A stretch of 64,000 bases of DNA, from NCBI GenBank assembly GCA_045863335.1, contig BTVY01000009.1, forward strand, positions 92,918 through 156,917, in the 5' to 3' direction. The stretch is from Candidatus Hydrogenedentota bacterium (GTDB taxonomy: Bacteria; Hydrogenedentota; Hydrogenedentia; Hydrogenedentales; SLHB01). The position numbers and the translations under genes were made by a program. Within the stretch, counting starts at the first letter, position 1, and each line of letters opens with the position of its first letter. The notes below the pieces were generated by a model. It worked only from the letters and a program-made list of their open reading frames with translations. It was not told the DNA's origin and made no database searches. This document shows, piece by piece, positions 1 through 9,062 of the stretch.

Positions 1-580
1 GTTTTACAAGAAGTTCATTCCGGCAATTCGTGGCTCGTCACTCGTACAGGCCGCGTCCGCCGAGTATTTCGATGAGAACATTCGAAGAGGCCGCCCCGGA
101 ACGTTGATGGTGCCTTGGAACACGGAAACAAGCGGATTGTCCGGCGAAGACTTATCCAAGATCACCGAATACTTGCGTAGCGCGCCTGTACCGGACGGTG
201 AGAGACTCGCCCCTGAACTTGAGCAGATTGCCGCCGATTCGAGTTTTCGGGCTGTGGGCGGCGTGTCACGCGGACTCGACCTGTTCCGGCGGCATTGTGT
301 CGGTTGCCACGGTCCCGTCGGCGAGGGACAACTTGGTCCGGCGATCAATAACCCTGTGTTTCAGCAAACCGCAACGGACGGATTTCTCTTCGTAACCATC
401 GCTGCCGGCCGCCGCAATACGGCCATGCCCGGTTTCCTCAACGAAGGGCAAGGCGGCTTAACAGAGGAAGACATTTCCAGCCTGGTCGCCTATGTTCGAT
501 CTCTTGGCGCCGAGCCAACATCGCAAGTAGCTGACGGGAATGTGGAGTCGAGCAACCCGGCGCTTGCCAGGAGTAACTAG
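1..580 (+). CDS. Multi-domain c-type cytochrome (CcoP/cytochrome c6-like domains), 5'-truncated by the window edge
   Basis: The frame is open from position 2 (FYKKFIPAIRGSSLVQAASAEYFDENIRRGRPGTLMVPW...). It contains CVGCH followed by GPAINNP...GRRNTAMPGF (distal Met). The upstream PAIRG...GRPGTLMVPW looks like the C-terminal half of a preceding heme domain. The stop lies 1 nt before the alpha-subunit ATG. Confidence 0.85.
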   Translation, partial: FYKKFIPAIRGSSLVQAASAEYFDENIRRGRPGTLMVPWNTETSGLSGEDLSKITEYLRSAPVPDGERLAPELEQIAADSSFRAVGGVSRGLDLFRRHCVGCHGPVGEGQLGPAINNPVFQQTATDGFLFVTIAAGRRNTAMPGFLNEGQGGLTEEDISSLVAYVRSLGAEPTSQVADGNVESSNPALARSN

Positions 581-581
581 T

Positions 582-3539
582 ATGTCGCCATTGAAAGACC
601 AGTCCAATGAACACGGGATCAGCCGCCGGCAATTGCTGAAAACGGGAGGATTGCTGGGCTTCGCGGCGCTGTTTCCACCAAGCGCCCGGGCCGCCCTCGA
701 AGAATTCGACATTGTCGATGTCAATCCGCTGGAGAACTATCCGTACCGCGGATGGGAAGATCTGTACCGCAAGCAGTTCACTTGGGACCGCGTCGTCCGC
801 TCGACCCATTCGGCGAACTGCACCGGGTCCTGCTCGTGGAAAGTGTACGTCAAGGACGGCGTCATGCTTCGCGAAGAACAGGCCGCCGACTATCCGCGGA
901 TCAGCGAAGATCTGCCGGACTACAATCCGCGTGGTTGTCAGAAGGGCGCGTGTTTCGTCGAGTACGTGTACGGCGCCCAGCGGCTCCGGTATCCCCTCAT
1001 TCGAATGGGCGAGCGGGGAGAGGGGAAGTGGCGCCGGGCCTCCTGGGATGAGGCTCTCCAGCTTATCGCGGAGAAGGTGCTCGACAACGTATACAATTAT
1101 GGACCCGATACCAATACGTTCTTTTCGGTCATCCCGGCCATGTCCCCCGTATCGTTTTCGGCGGGATCGCGCCTGGCGCACTATCTGGGCGGCGTGTTTT
1201 GTTCGTTCTACGATTGGTACTGCGATTTGCCGCCGGGTGAGCCGATTACGTGGGGCGTACAAACCGAATCGTGCGAATGCGCCGACTGGTTTAATTCGAA
1301 ATACATCGTGCTATGGGGAAGCAATATCTGCCAAACGCGAATCCCCGACGCGCACTTCGCGTGGGAGGCGCGTTATAACGGCGCGCGAATTGCCTGCGTC
1401 TCGCCCGACTACAACAGCAGCGCCATTCACTGCGACCAGTATGTCCAGATTCAACCCGGCACGGACGCCAAGCTGGCACTTGCCGTTTGCCGCTGGCTGA
1501 TTGAGAACAATCACATCGACGAGCCTTACGTGAAGATGCACACTGACCTGCCGCTACTCATTCGCACGGATACCCAACAGTTCTTGCGAGCTGAAGATCT
1601 GCCCGCCAACGAGCGTGGTGCTGTCCCCAACACGAGTTCCTGGTCAGGTGAGATTGCTTCGGAGGACGGGACGCCAGACCTTCAGGCGGTCTTCTATGTC
1701 TTCGATCGCGTGGCCAACCGTATCGCGCAAGTGCCCGGCAGCATGGGCTCGCCCGCCCAGTCACTCGATCTTGGCGGCTTGGATCCAACGCTTGAAGGAA
1801 CGTGGAATGTGACGTTGGCCGACGGAAGCGTCGTGCAGGTTACCACCGTGTTCAGTCGGCTCAAGGAAACACTGGCCTCATCGGACTATTCAGCGTCGGG
1901 CACGGCCCGATCCTGCGGTTTGACTGAACGAGATTTCCTCGAGTTCGCGAAGGGGTTTACACGAAAACCGGCAATGATTATTCACGGTGCCGGCACCAAT
2001 CACTGGTATCACAACGACCTCTTGAATCGTGCCATGATACTGGTCGTGGCATTGACGGGAAACGTCGGCAAGAACGGCGGCGGGTTCAATCACTACGTGG
2101 GGCAGGAACGCATCTGGCCCGAGCATGGATTCAAGACGCTGGCATTTCCCGAGGGCGGCTCGAAGCAGCGGTTTCAGAACATGACCCTGTGGACGTATTG
2201 CCATAGCAAGCAGCATGACCCACACCCGATCAACGGCAAGCCGATCGAGCACTACATTCTGGACTCCGTCCGGAACGGATGGATGCCGCTGTGGCCGAAG
2301 AACGATTGGGCAAGCCTCACTCCCGAGCAAATGCACGATCTACCCCGCAAGCCGCGCGCCTTATTCGTCTGGCGCGCGAACTATCTCAACCAGGCGAAAG
2401 GCAATGAAGCAATTATTCGATCACTCTGGAAAGACCTGGATCTGATTGTCGACATCAATTACCGCATGGACACTACCGCGCTTTACAGCGACATCGTGTT
2501 GCCTGCTTCAACCTACTATGAGAAGACGGACCTCAACTCAACGGACTGCCATTCGTTTATGCATCCGTTCTCGAAAGTGCTGGACCCGCTGTTCGAGTCA
2601 AAGACCGATTGGGACATCTTCGCTGCATTGGCAAAAAAAATTGAAGAAGTTGCGAGGTCGCAAGGGCTATCGCCGTATGAGGACCAGGCACTGGACTGGT
2701 CGCGGGACTTCTCCCAGTTGTATGCAGCCTGGTCCGCGCAGGGTTCTCTACAGACCGATGAAGAAGCCTGCAATTTCATCCTCGGTCATTCCCCGGAAAC
2801 GCAAGGGATGACGTATCACGGCATACAAGACCAGCCCAAACGATTCGTTGGCATCGATGCGGAAGCGTGGAATAGCGAGGTCGAGGAAGGCCGCGCCTAT
2901 GCGCCCTTCACCCATCAGATCGAGAAAAAGCGGCCCTGGCGGACACTGTCCGGAAGGCAACAGTTCTACATCGACCACCCCTGGTTTATTGATTTCGGCG
3001 AGCAGCTTCCTGTCCACAAAGAGCCCGTCGAGGATGTCGAGTACCCTCTATACTGGAACACGCCTCATGGCCGCTGGTCGATTCACTCAACCTGGCGCGA
3101 CAACCGCTACATGCTTCGTCTCCAGCGCGGGTTGCCCATCGTGTACCTTCACCCCGACGACGCAACGGCGCGGGGAATTTCCGACAACGATTGGGTTCGG
3201 ATATACAACGGCGAAGGTGAAGCGATTGTACAGGCGAAGATACTGCCCGGCGAAAAGGCCGGTCGCCTCACCATGTACCACGGCTGGGAAAAGTTTCTCG
3301 GATTCCAAAACGGCGGCTGGCAGTCCCTCACGTACATCAAGATTAAACCGACTCAACTCATTGGTAAATATGGGCATTTGAATTTCAAACTGAACTACTG
3401 GGGACCCACCGGGAACAACCGCGATATTCGAGTCGAGATCGCCAGGTATGACGGTCCTATTGCGGAATTCGAGCCGAACTCTCCGGCCGGATCGGAGTCG
3501 CGAGTCGATCCTCCGGTCGCGGGAACTAAGGTCTTATAA
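582..3539 (+). CDS. narG: Tat-exported type II DMSO reductase family molybdoenzyme alpha subunit (periplasmic nitrate reductase NarG-type, pNar)
   Basis: Twin-arginine signal SRRQLLK; FS0 motif HSANCTGSC...NPRGCQKG; Mo-ligand Asp motif SFYDWYCDLPP; HYVGQE; TPHGRWSIHS; C-terminal NYWGPTG. I chose ATG 582 over the ORF-track start at 540. Confidence 0.85.
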   Translation: MSPLKDQSNEHGISRRQLLKTGGLLGFAALFPPSARAALEEFDIVDVNPLENYPYRGWEDLYRKQFTWDRVVRSTHSANCTGSCSWKVYVKDGVMLREEQAADYPRISEDLPDYNPRGCQKGACFVEYVYGAQRLRYPLIRMGERGEGKWRRASWDEALQLIAEKVLDNVYNYGPDTNTFFSVIPAMSPVSFSAGSRLAHYLGGVFCSFYDWYCDLPPGEPITWGVQTESCECADWFNSKYIVLWGSNICQTRIPDAHFAWEARYNGARIACVSPDYNSSAIHCDQYVQIQPGTDAKLALAVCRWLIENNHIDEPYVKMHTDLPLLIRTDTQQFLRAEDLPANERGAVPNTSSWSGEIASEDGTPDLQAVFYVFDRVANRIAQVPGSMGSPAQSLDLGGLDPTLEGTWNVTLADGSVVQVTTVFSRLKETLASSDYSASGTARSCGLTERDFLEFAKGFTRKPAMIIHGAGTNHWYHNDLLNRAMILVVALTGNVGKNGGGFNHYVGQERIWPEHGFKTLAFPEGGSKQRFQNMTLWTYCHSKQHDPHPINGKPIEHYILDSVRNGWMPLWPKNDWASLTPEQMHDLPRKPRALFVWRANYLNQAKGNEAIIRSLWKDLDLIVDINYRMDTTALYSDIVLPASTYYEKTDLNSTDCHSFMHPFSKVLDPLFESKTDWDIFAALAKKIEEVARSQGLSPYEDQALDWSRDFSQLYAAWSAQGSLQTDEEACNFILGHSPETQGMTYHGIQDQPKRFVGIDAEAWNSEVEEGRAYAPFTHQIEKKRPWRTLSGRQQFYIDHPWFIDFGEQLPVHKEPVEDVEYPLYWNTPHGRWSIHSTWRDNRYMLRLQRGLPIVYLHPDDATARGISDNDWVRIYNGEGEAIVQAKILPGEKAGRLTMYHGWEKFLGFQNGGWQSLTYIKIKPTQLIGKYGHLNFKLNYWGPTGNNRDIRVEIARYDGPIAEFEPNSPAGSESRVDPPVAGTKVL

Positions 3540-3550
3540 GGAGCACACCG

Positions 3551-4852
3551 ATGTCGAAGCACCAATACGCCATGGTGATGGACCTCAACAAGTGCATCGG
3601 TTGCCAGACCTGCACGCTGGCGTGCAAGAAGCAGTGGACCGATGGCGACGGCATGGACTACATGTATTGGAATAACGTGGAGACCCATCCCGGCATCGGA
3701 TATCCGCGCGGTTGGCACACGATCGGAGGCGGATTCGATGCGCGCCGTAACTTGCGGCCGTCTCCATTGCCGCCCAAAGAGGACTACGGCGAGGCATTCG
3801 AGTATGACTACGGGCAACGCCTCTACGGCGGGCGGAACAAGCCCGTGATGCCGAACCGGCCGCCCACGTACACGCCAAACTGGGACGAAGACGTGGGCGG
3901 TTGGGACAAGGACAATCCCTATTTCTTCTATTTGCCCCGAATCTGCAATCACTGCACCCATCCGGCCTGCCTCGAAGCGTGCCCGCGCAAAGCGATCTAC
4001 AAGCGCACGGAAGACGGCATCGTGTTGATCGACCAGGAACGGTGCCGCGGATTCCGATACTGCATTAAGGCCTGCCCGTACAAGAAGATCTACTACAACG
4101 AAGTGACCGGCAAGAGTGAAAAGTGTATCTTCTGTTATCCGCGCCTCGAAAAGGGCCAGGTCAACGCCTGCGCCGCTCAGTGTCCGGGTCGCATCCGGTT
4201 TGTCGGTCTCTTGGACGATCCCGAGTCTCCAGTGCACAAACTCGTATTGAAGTATCGTGTGGCGCTGGGCCTCTTTCCCGAAAAGGGCACCCATCCCAAT
4301 GTTTTCTATGTGCCGCCCTTTAATCCCCCGAAAGCAGGGAGCGCGGGCAAGAGCATTCTCGAGGACCCGCGGCTGCCCCTGGACTACCTCATCTACCTGT
4401 TCGGTCCCGACGTTGTGCGCGTCATCCAATTCATGGAGGGAGAGCTGACGAAAGCACAGTCAGGTGGACAGAGCGAAGTGCTTCAATTGCTCATCGGACG
4501 AGACGCTTCCGTTCGATATCGCGTTGTTCCCGACATTGTGCGCGCGGCTGCAAACCGGGACGTGGCGCAGAAGATGGAGCAGTCGCCGGCGGGGGGGCCG
4601 CCTCAGGCGATTCTCGGAACGCCTGCTCAATCCGGTGTCAAACCGCCGCCGGCCAGGCACGCGCTCGGTTCCAAGCACGTCCCTCCCACGCCGGAGGTTG
4701 CGATGGCGTTTGGCGTTCCTGTAGACAATCCCGGCTCATCGTGCAACACATCGATAGGAGCGGGTTGCGCGGGCTGCGCTGCGCAAACGGCCTGTGGGGC
4801 CGCGCAAAAGGGACCGCGCCACCCAGGTGAGGAGGGAATGACATGGACGTAA
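3551..4852 (+). CDS. narH: Type II DMSO reductase family Fe-S beta subunit (NarH/PcrB/SerB-like) with C-terminal extension
   Basis: Four Cys groups: CIGCQTCTLAC, CNHCTHPACLEAC, CRGFRYCIKAC (3Fe-4S type) and CIFC...CAAQC. Also WNNVET and FFYLPRICNHC, with an AGGAG RBS upstream. Confidence 0.9.
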   Translation: MSKHQYAMVMDLNKCIGCQTCTLACKKQWTDGDGMDYMYWNNVETHPGIGYPRGWHTIGGGFDARRNLRPSPLPPKEDYGEAFEYDYGQRLYGGRNKPVMPNRPPTYTPNWDEDVGGWDKDNPYFFYLPRICNHCTHPACLEACPRKAIYKRTEDGIVLIDQERCRGFRYCIKACPYKKIYYNEVTGKSEKCIFCYPRLEKGQVNACAAQCPGRIRFVGLLDDPESPVHKLVLKYRVALGLFPEKGTHPNVFYVPPFNPPKAGSAGKSILEDPRLPLDYLIYLFGPDVVRVIQFMEGELTKAQSGGQSEVLQLLIGRDASVRYRVVPDIVRAAANRDVAQKMEQSPAGGPPQAILGTPAQSGVKPPPARHALGSKHVPPTPEVAMAFGVPVDNPGSSCNTSIGAGCAGCAAQTACGAAQKGPRHPGEEGMTWT

Positions 4853-5577
4853 TGCGTGCGATACTCGTAATGGCAATCGTGGGATTCGCCTCGGCTGCCG
4901 CCGAACCAAATGCCGAAGATAAGGCGGCGTTGGAAATACCATCCGAAGCCGCTCCTGAGGTTTCCGTCGAGGAGCTGTTGGACGCGGACAATGCGGCGTG
5001 GCGTGCGGCTCCCGCATTTGCCGTCCATTTCAACCGAACCCCTCCTGTCTATGCGACCGACACGATGGACGACGGCGACCGTCCGTCGATGACCGTCCAG
5101 GTTCTGCGGCTGCCAAGCAATGACGTTGTATTTCGCGTTCAATGGCAGGACCCGACTGCCGATCAGGTGGCGAGCGGCGCCCGTTACCCGGATTCCGGAG
5201 AAGACCACATTTACAAAAGCCATTCAACGGCAACGGATACATTCCCGGACGCCTTCTGCATTATGGTTCCCAAGCAACGCGGGCAGCATCTCTCGTATCC
5301 GTCCATGATGATGGGCGAAGGAAGCAACCCTGTCGATCTCTATTATTGGAAGGCCGGAAAGGGATTCGAGCTTTTGAATGCCCATGGCCGCGCCACGACT
5401 GCCGCTGTCGCTGAGGAGGTTCGCGGTTCCGCGCGTCGTGCCGCCGATGATTGGACCGTGACCATGGCATTACCAAATCTGACCAGCCAAACTCCTGTTT
5501 GTTTCGCGCTCTGGAATGGAGACAAGGATCACCGGGACGGCCTGAAGTACTTTAGCTTGTGGTATGAGGTGGAGTGA
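4843..5577 (+). CDS. Secreted heme-b gamma subunit (EbdC/SerC/DdhC-like, DOMON-type)
   Basis: Sec-type signal peptide; motifs WQDPT, FPDAFCIMVP, MMMG...PVDLYYWKA and ALWNG..RDGLK (Met/Lys heme ligands of EbdC-type subunits). Alternative start at 4852 (TAATG overlap with the beta stop). Confidence 0.75.
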   Translation: MDVMRAILVMAIVGFASAAAEPNAEDKAALEIPSEAAPEVSVEELLDADNAAWRAAPAFAVHFNRTPPVYATDTMDDGDRPSMTVQVLRLPSNDVVFRVQWQDPTADQVASGARYPDSGEDHIYKSHSTATDTFPDAFCIMVPKQRGQHLSYPSMMMGEGSNPVDLYYWKAGKGFELLNAHGRATTAAVAEEVRGSARRAADDWTVTMALPNLTSQTPVCFALWNGDKDHRDGLKYFSLWYEVE

Positions 5578-6215
5578 TGACAGACCTTGCCCATAAGGAA
5601 GTCGAAACAAGTCCCGACATGCTTCTTGAGTGCGCCATGGCTTGGAAATATCTGCACGATCTTTTTCACGGCCCCAGCCCCGAGCAGTGGCGTTGGCTTC
5701 AGTCTGAATCCGCACAGGCCGCATGGCGGCTTCTGGCACAGTGGACCGGGCTTGAGAACTACGCCACGTTGCCGCTTGCGAATTCCTACGACTCGTACGC
5801 CGGGGAATATGTGGCCGCCTTCGAGGTCGGTCTTCCAGAGCCCCCGTGCCCGCTCATCGAGTCCCACTGGAACAAGCGAGATCCGGTGCCAAAAGTGCTC
5901 CACGAGAATATGCTGTTCTACAAACAGTTTGGACTGGAACTTCGCTCGTCGAGCAATGAAACTGCCGACCACCTGCGCCACCAGTTGGAATTTGTGCATC
6001 ACCTATTCCGGATGGAGCGGGAAGCGGTCATCGGCAACCGCATGGAGCACGCGGACCAGTGCGCCAGGGCACGAATCGAGTACTTGAACCGCCATCTCGG
6101 GTTCTGGGTGCCTCGGGCGTACCTTGCACTCGACAAGAAAATGCCAGGTTCGTGGTGCGCCCAATGGATGTTTTTGCTTTCCCAGTTTTGCCAGGAATTC
6201 TGTACGGAACACTGA
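5574..6215 (+). CDS. TorD/DmsD/NarJ-family molybdoenzyme maturation chaperone (delta subunit)
   Basis: Motifs PPCPLIES, FYKQFGL, ETADHLRHQLEF and HLGFWVP; overlaps the gamma-subunit stop (GTGATG). Confidence 0.85.
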   Translation: MMTDLAHKEVETSPDMLLECAMAWKYLHDLFHGPSPEQWRWLQSESAQAAWRLLAQWTGLENYATLPLANSYDSYAGEYVAAFEVGLPEPPCPLIESHWNKRDPVPKVLHENMLFYKQFGLELRSSSNETADHLRHQLEFVHHLFRMEREAVIGNRMEHADQCARARIEYLNRHLGFWVPRAYLALDKKMPGSWCAQWMFLLSQFCQEFCTEH

Positions 6216-6300
6216 CGCGGGAAAACCACGGCATTCGCTAGACCGCGTATGAATAACTGAGGATAAAGGACCTTCCTGCTACCGAATTCAAGGAGGAGTC

Positions 6301-6756
6301 ATGGAGATTCGGCACATCTACATATCGCCCGGTCACAATTTTCGCGGCCATCACGGACGGGAACCGGATGCCCATCCCGTCCTTGAGCTTATGGAAGTCG
6401 AGTGCGTCGCAGGGAAAGGCCTGATCGGCGACCGATACTACTGCTACGAAGAGAACTACAAGGGCCAGATTACGTTCTTCGCCTGGGAGGTCTATCAAGA
6501 TCTTTGCCGGCAGCTTTCCGTATTTGACCGTGACCCCTCTGTGCTGCGTCGAAACGTAATTGTGGAAGGTGTGAACCTTAACAGTCTTGTAAATTCCGAA
6601 TTCACGATCCAGGGGGTGGAGTTCTTTGGCGTCGAGGAGTGTTCCCCGTGTTACTGGATGGAGCGCGCGTTCGCACCCGGCGCTGAAGAGGCGTTGAAGG
6701 GCAGGGGAGGACTGCGGGCGCGAATCGTATCCAACGGACTTCTGCAAAGACTTTGA
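6301..6756 (+). CDS. MOSC domain protein
   Basis: Motifs GKGLIGDRY, RRNVIVEG..LN.LV, CSPCYWM and GRGGLRARI; strong AGGAGG RBS. Confidence 0.85.
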   Translation: MEIRHIYISPGHNFRGHHGREPDAHPVLELMEVECVAGKGLIGDRYYCYEENYKGQITFFAWEVYQDLCRQLSVFDRDPSVLRRNVIVEGVNLNSLVNSEFTIQGVEFFGVEECSPCYWMERAFAPGAEEALKGRGGLRARIVSNGLLQRL

Positions 6757-7351
6757 GGTCTTAGGAGCATCCCACGCTATTTGCGACATAGGTGAACCTC
6801 CCTCCGACGCAAAACAAGTCATTCAACCGGGTGACATCCAAGGTTTTGGAGTGCGACGCACCTTGGCGGTGTCTTCATGCTCCTGCGTCTTCGATAGGAT
6901 CCGCATGACGGCAATGGGACTTGCCTTCGTGCCATGCCGGTATTGGAATCTCGAGATAGTCGAGCGGCGTCGTGCCGAGGTTAGCGATCGCGGCGTCGGG
7001 TGCCAGCGTTCGGTCGGCAAACAGCATTCGCGCGCTGATGTCCACGGCTGAAGCCACATGGTCTCCGCTCATTTGACGAGGTTCGGCTCGAATAACGCAT
7101 GCGGTGCAGTGCCTTCGCGCGTTTGCCCACCTGCATCGGCTTAAACCATACGGAGATATTGGCGCTCGCCCGCGAAAGCTGGCTTGTGAGATTCCGGGCG
7201 AATGCGCGTAATCAAGATTCCTCTATTCGCTATGTCAAACACTTGCTGGCGACCGGTGCGATCGCGTCAGTGCCGTCGCCGTCCGGCGACGAATTTCCGA
7301 ACGTCTTCACCTGATTGCAGTGTGGTTGCAAGTATCCGGCGTTTCCTATGA

Positions 7352-8887
7352 TCACGTCCCGTCTTTAAGGACCAATATCCAGTCGTTGCCGTCGCCGGGG
7401 CTGTCCGGTGGGTCGAACTCCTGGATGGGAGCGGAGGGCCCGCTGGGAATGTTCTCCAAGAAGGCCGTTGCATCGGCGAACTCTTTGTCGTCAGCTCTCC
7501 ATTGTCCGTTGCGGGGATTGAACCAATAGGCGCTCTTTGGTTGCGGCGAAAGCCGGTCCATCTTGACGCGGATGTTCCGGCCGTTGGCGCTGTATACCAT
7601 GGCGTAATCGCCGTTGGCGCCGCGTGTGGCTTGTAGACAGCTCGAGCGAACTCCTTCCCCGACGTCCATGCCTCCGGTATCGCCGTCGATCAGCGTTTGG
7701 TCCGGAATCCGGTCCAGAAACTGGTCGTTGGAAAGGGTTGCCATGAGGTCAACGAGATGCCGCATATCGATGGCGCCAGGTTCGTCGAGGCCGGCTTTCC
7801 ACCCACGGGCGTTGTCGGTGGTGACGGGTTCGTCCAGGTCTAACACTCCGCTGTCAAAATGGAATACGTTCATGCTTCCGTAGGTGATCCCGAAGCCTCC
7901 GGCGAAGACGGTCTGATAGGACTGGAATCGGATCTGCCAGTCCCTGTAGACGCTATCGCCCCGGGTGCGGGCCTCATATCCGCCTTCGAAGAGCCATGTG
8001 GGTTTCGCCGGAGACAAGCGGTAATCATGTTCCACTGCGACGTTTTGGTCGGTGGGTTGGTCCTGGATCGAGTTGAAGTCCAGCCAAGGGTCGTTGTGGA
8101 ACCATTCCGATGAGTTCGGATGCCACTTTCGTGGGTGGTAACTCATGATCGTCGTGCCGTAATCGGCCTGCAAATCCTGCTTGTCGACGTTATTCACGCC
8201 ATCGGCGACACCTTCCGCCACAGCCCGAAACACGGGCCGGTAGTCCCTGTCGCCATACACGGCACTACGGTCTCCGCCGATCATCCAGATCACATTCTTC
8301 TTGTCGTGAAATCGCCGGCCGATCCAGCGGCCGTATCCGTATGCGTTGCCGGAATTCAGAACGATTTCCTCGGTGGGTTCGCCCTTCACGTAACTTCCCG
8401 CCACGCTTCCGCCCCACGCAGGGAGCAAGATCACCGCCAATCCATGGGCGTCTGCCACGTCGATGATATATTGCAGGTGATCCCAGTAGTCGTATTCCTC
8501 GGGATCTTCGGAGTTCTCCCCCGGCGTGGTAATGGGACGTTCCGGATTCCAGGCGCCCTCCCGAACCTCAAATGGATAGTCTCCGTACGCATTGGCCTCG
8601 ATACGAAGTCCTTCGTAAGAGGGGAAGGCGACTAGTGCAACTGTGTTGAATCCCTGCTCCTTTCGGTGCTGGAGATAATGCTCGACGTCTTCGCGCGTCA
8701 GTTTCCACGCGATCGCCCAAGCGGTATCGGCCACGGCGAAGAACCCCGTGCCGTCCGGGTGGATCAAGAAGCGGCCATTGTCGCTGACGCGTAGATCATT
8801 GGCGCCTTCGGCCCAAAGGGGCGTTCCCGGAAGGAATATGGATAGGATCGATAGAACGAGGCACGATAAGTGGGTTTTCAGTTTCAA
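7352..8887 (-). CDS. Secreted DUF4038/GH140 (apiosidase-like) glycoside hydrolase with C-terminal collagen-binding-like domain
   Basis: Signal peptide; motifs NGRFL..DGT.FF..ADTAW, RK.QGFN, NVIWMIGGD, KPTWLFEGGYE and YWFNPRNG. Likely start is TTG at 8887 after GAAGGG. The ORF-track extension to 9235 overlaps the divergent gene. Confidence 0.8.
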   Translation of the reverse strand: MKLKTHLSCLVLSILSIFLPGTPLWAEGANDLRVSDNGRFLIHPDGTGFFAVADTAWAIAWKLTREDVEHYLQHRKEQGFNTVALVAFPSYEGLRIEANAYGDYPFEVREGAWNPERPITTPGENSEDPEEYDYWDHLQYIIDVADAHGLAVILLPAWGGSVAGSYVKGEPTEEIVLNSGNAYGYGRWIGRRFHDKKNVIWMIGGDRSAVYGDRDYRPVFRAVAEGVADGVNNVDKQDLQADYGTTIMSYHPRKWHPNSSEWFHNDPWLDFNSIQDQPTDQNVAVEHDYRLSPAKPTWLFEGGYEARTRGDSVYRDWQIRFQSYQTVFAGGFGITYGSMNVFHFDSGVLDLDEPVTTDNARGWKAGLDEPGAIDMRHLVDLMATLSNDQFLDRIPDQTLIDGDTGGMDVGEGVRSSCLQATRGANGDYAMVYSANGRNIRVKMDRLSPQPKSAYWFNPRNGQWRADDKEFADATAFLENIPSGPSAPIQEFDPPDSPGDGNDWILVLKDGT

Positions 8888-9062
8888 GGTGTACTTCCCT
8901 TCATAATACCCGGAGTCTTGGCGAACAGGCCGACCGTACAGGGCCGACAAGTTTGTAGCATAGGGCGGGATAGTTCGACAATGTGATCGCGCATCCCTCA
9001 CGACGGCACTTGGCAATACTTGCCCGGAACAGGTATAACCTGCCCGGGGAGGGGAGCAAACG

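Noticed and set aside
582-3539. Calling the enzyme perchlorate reductase (pcrA) or nitrite oxidoreductase (nxrA)
   Set aside because: It has NarG-type YCDLPP and GQE rather than the PcrA-type DHP and GQW motifs, no chlorite dismutase is in the window, and direction cannot be read from sequence. A phylogeny is needed.
7075-7330. Possible riboswitch (GGCAAAC-like segment on the minus strand)
   Set aside because: The other conserved elements of a c-di-GMP-I or Moco riboswitch were not found, and it is not clearly upstream of a supported gene.
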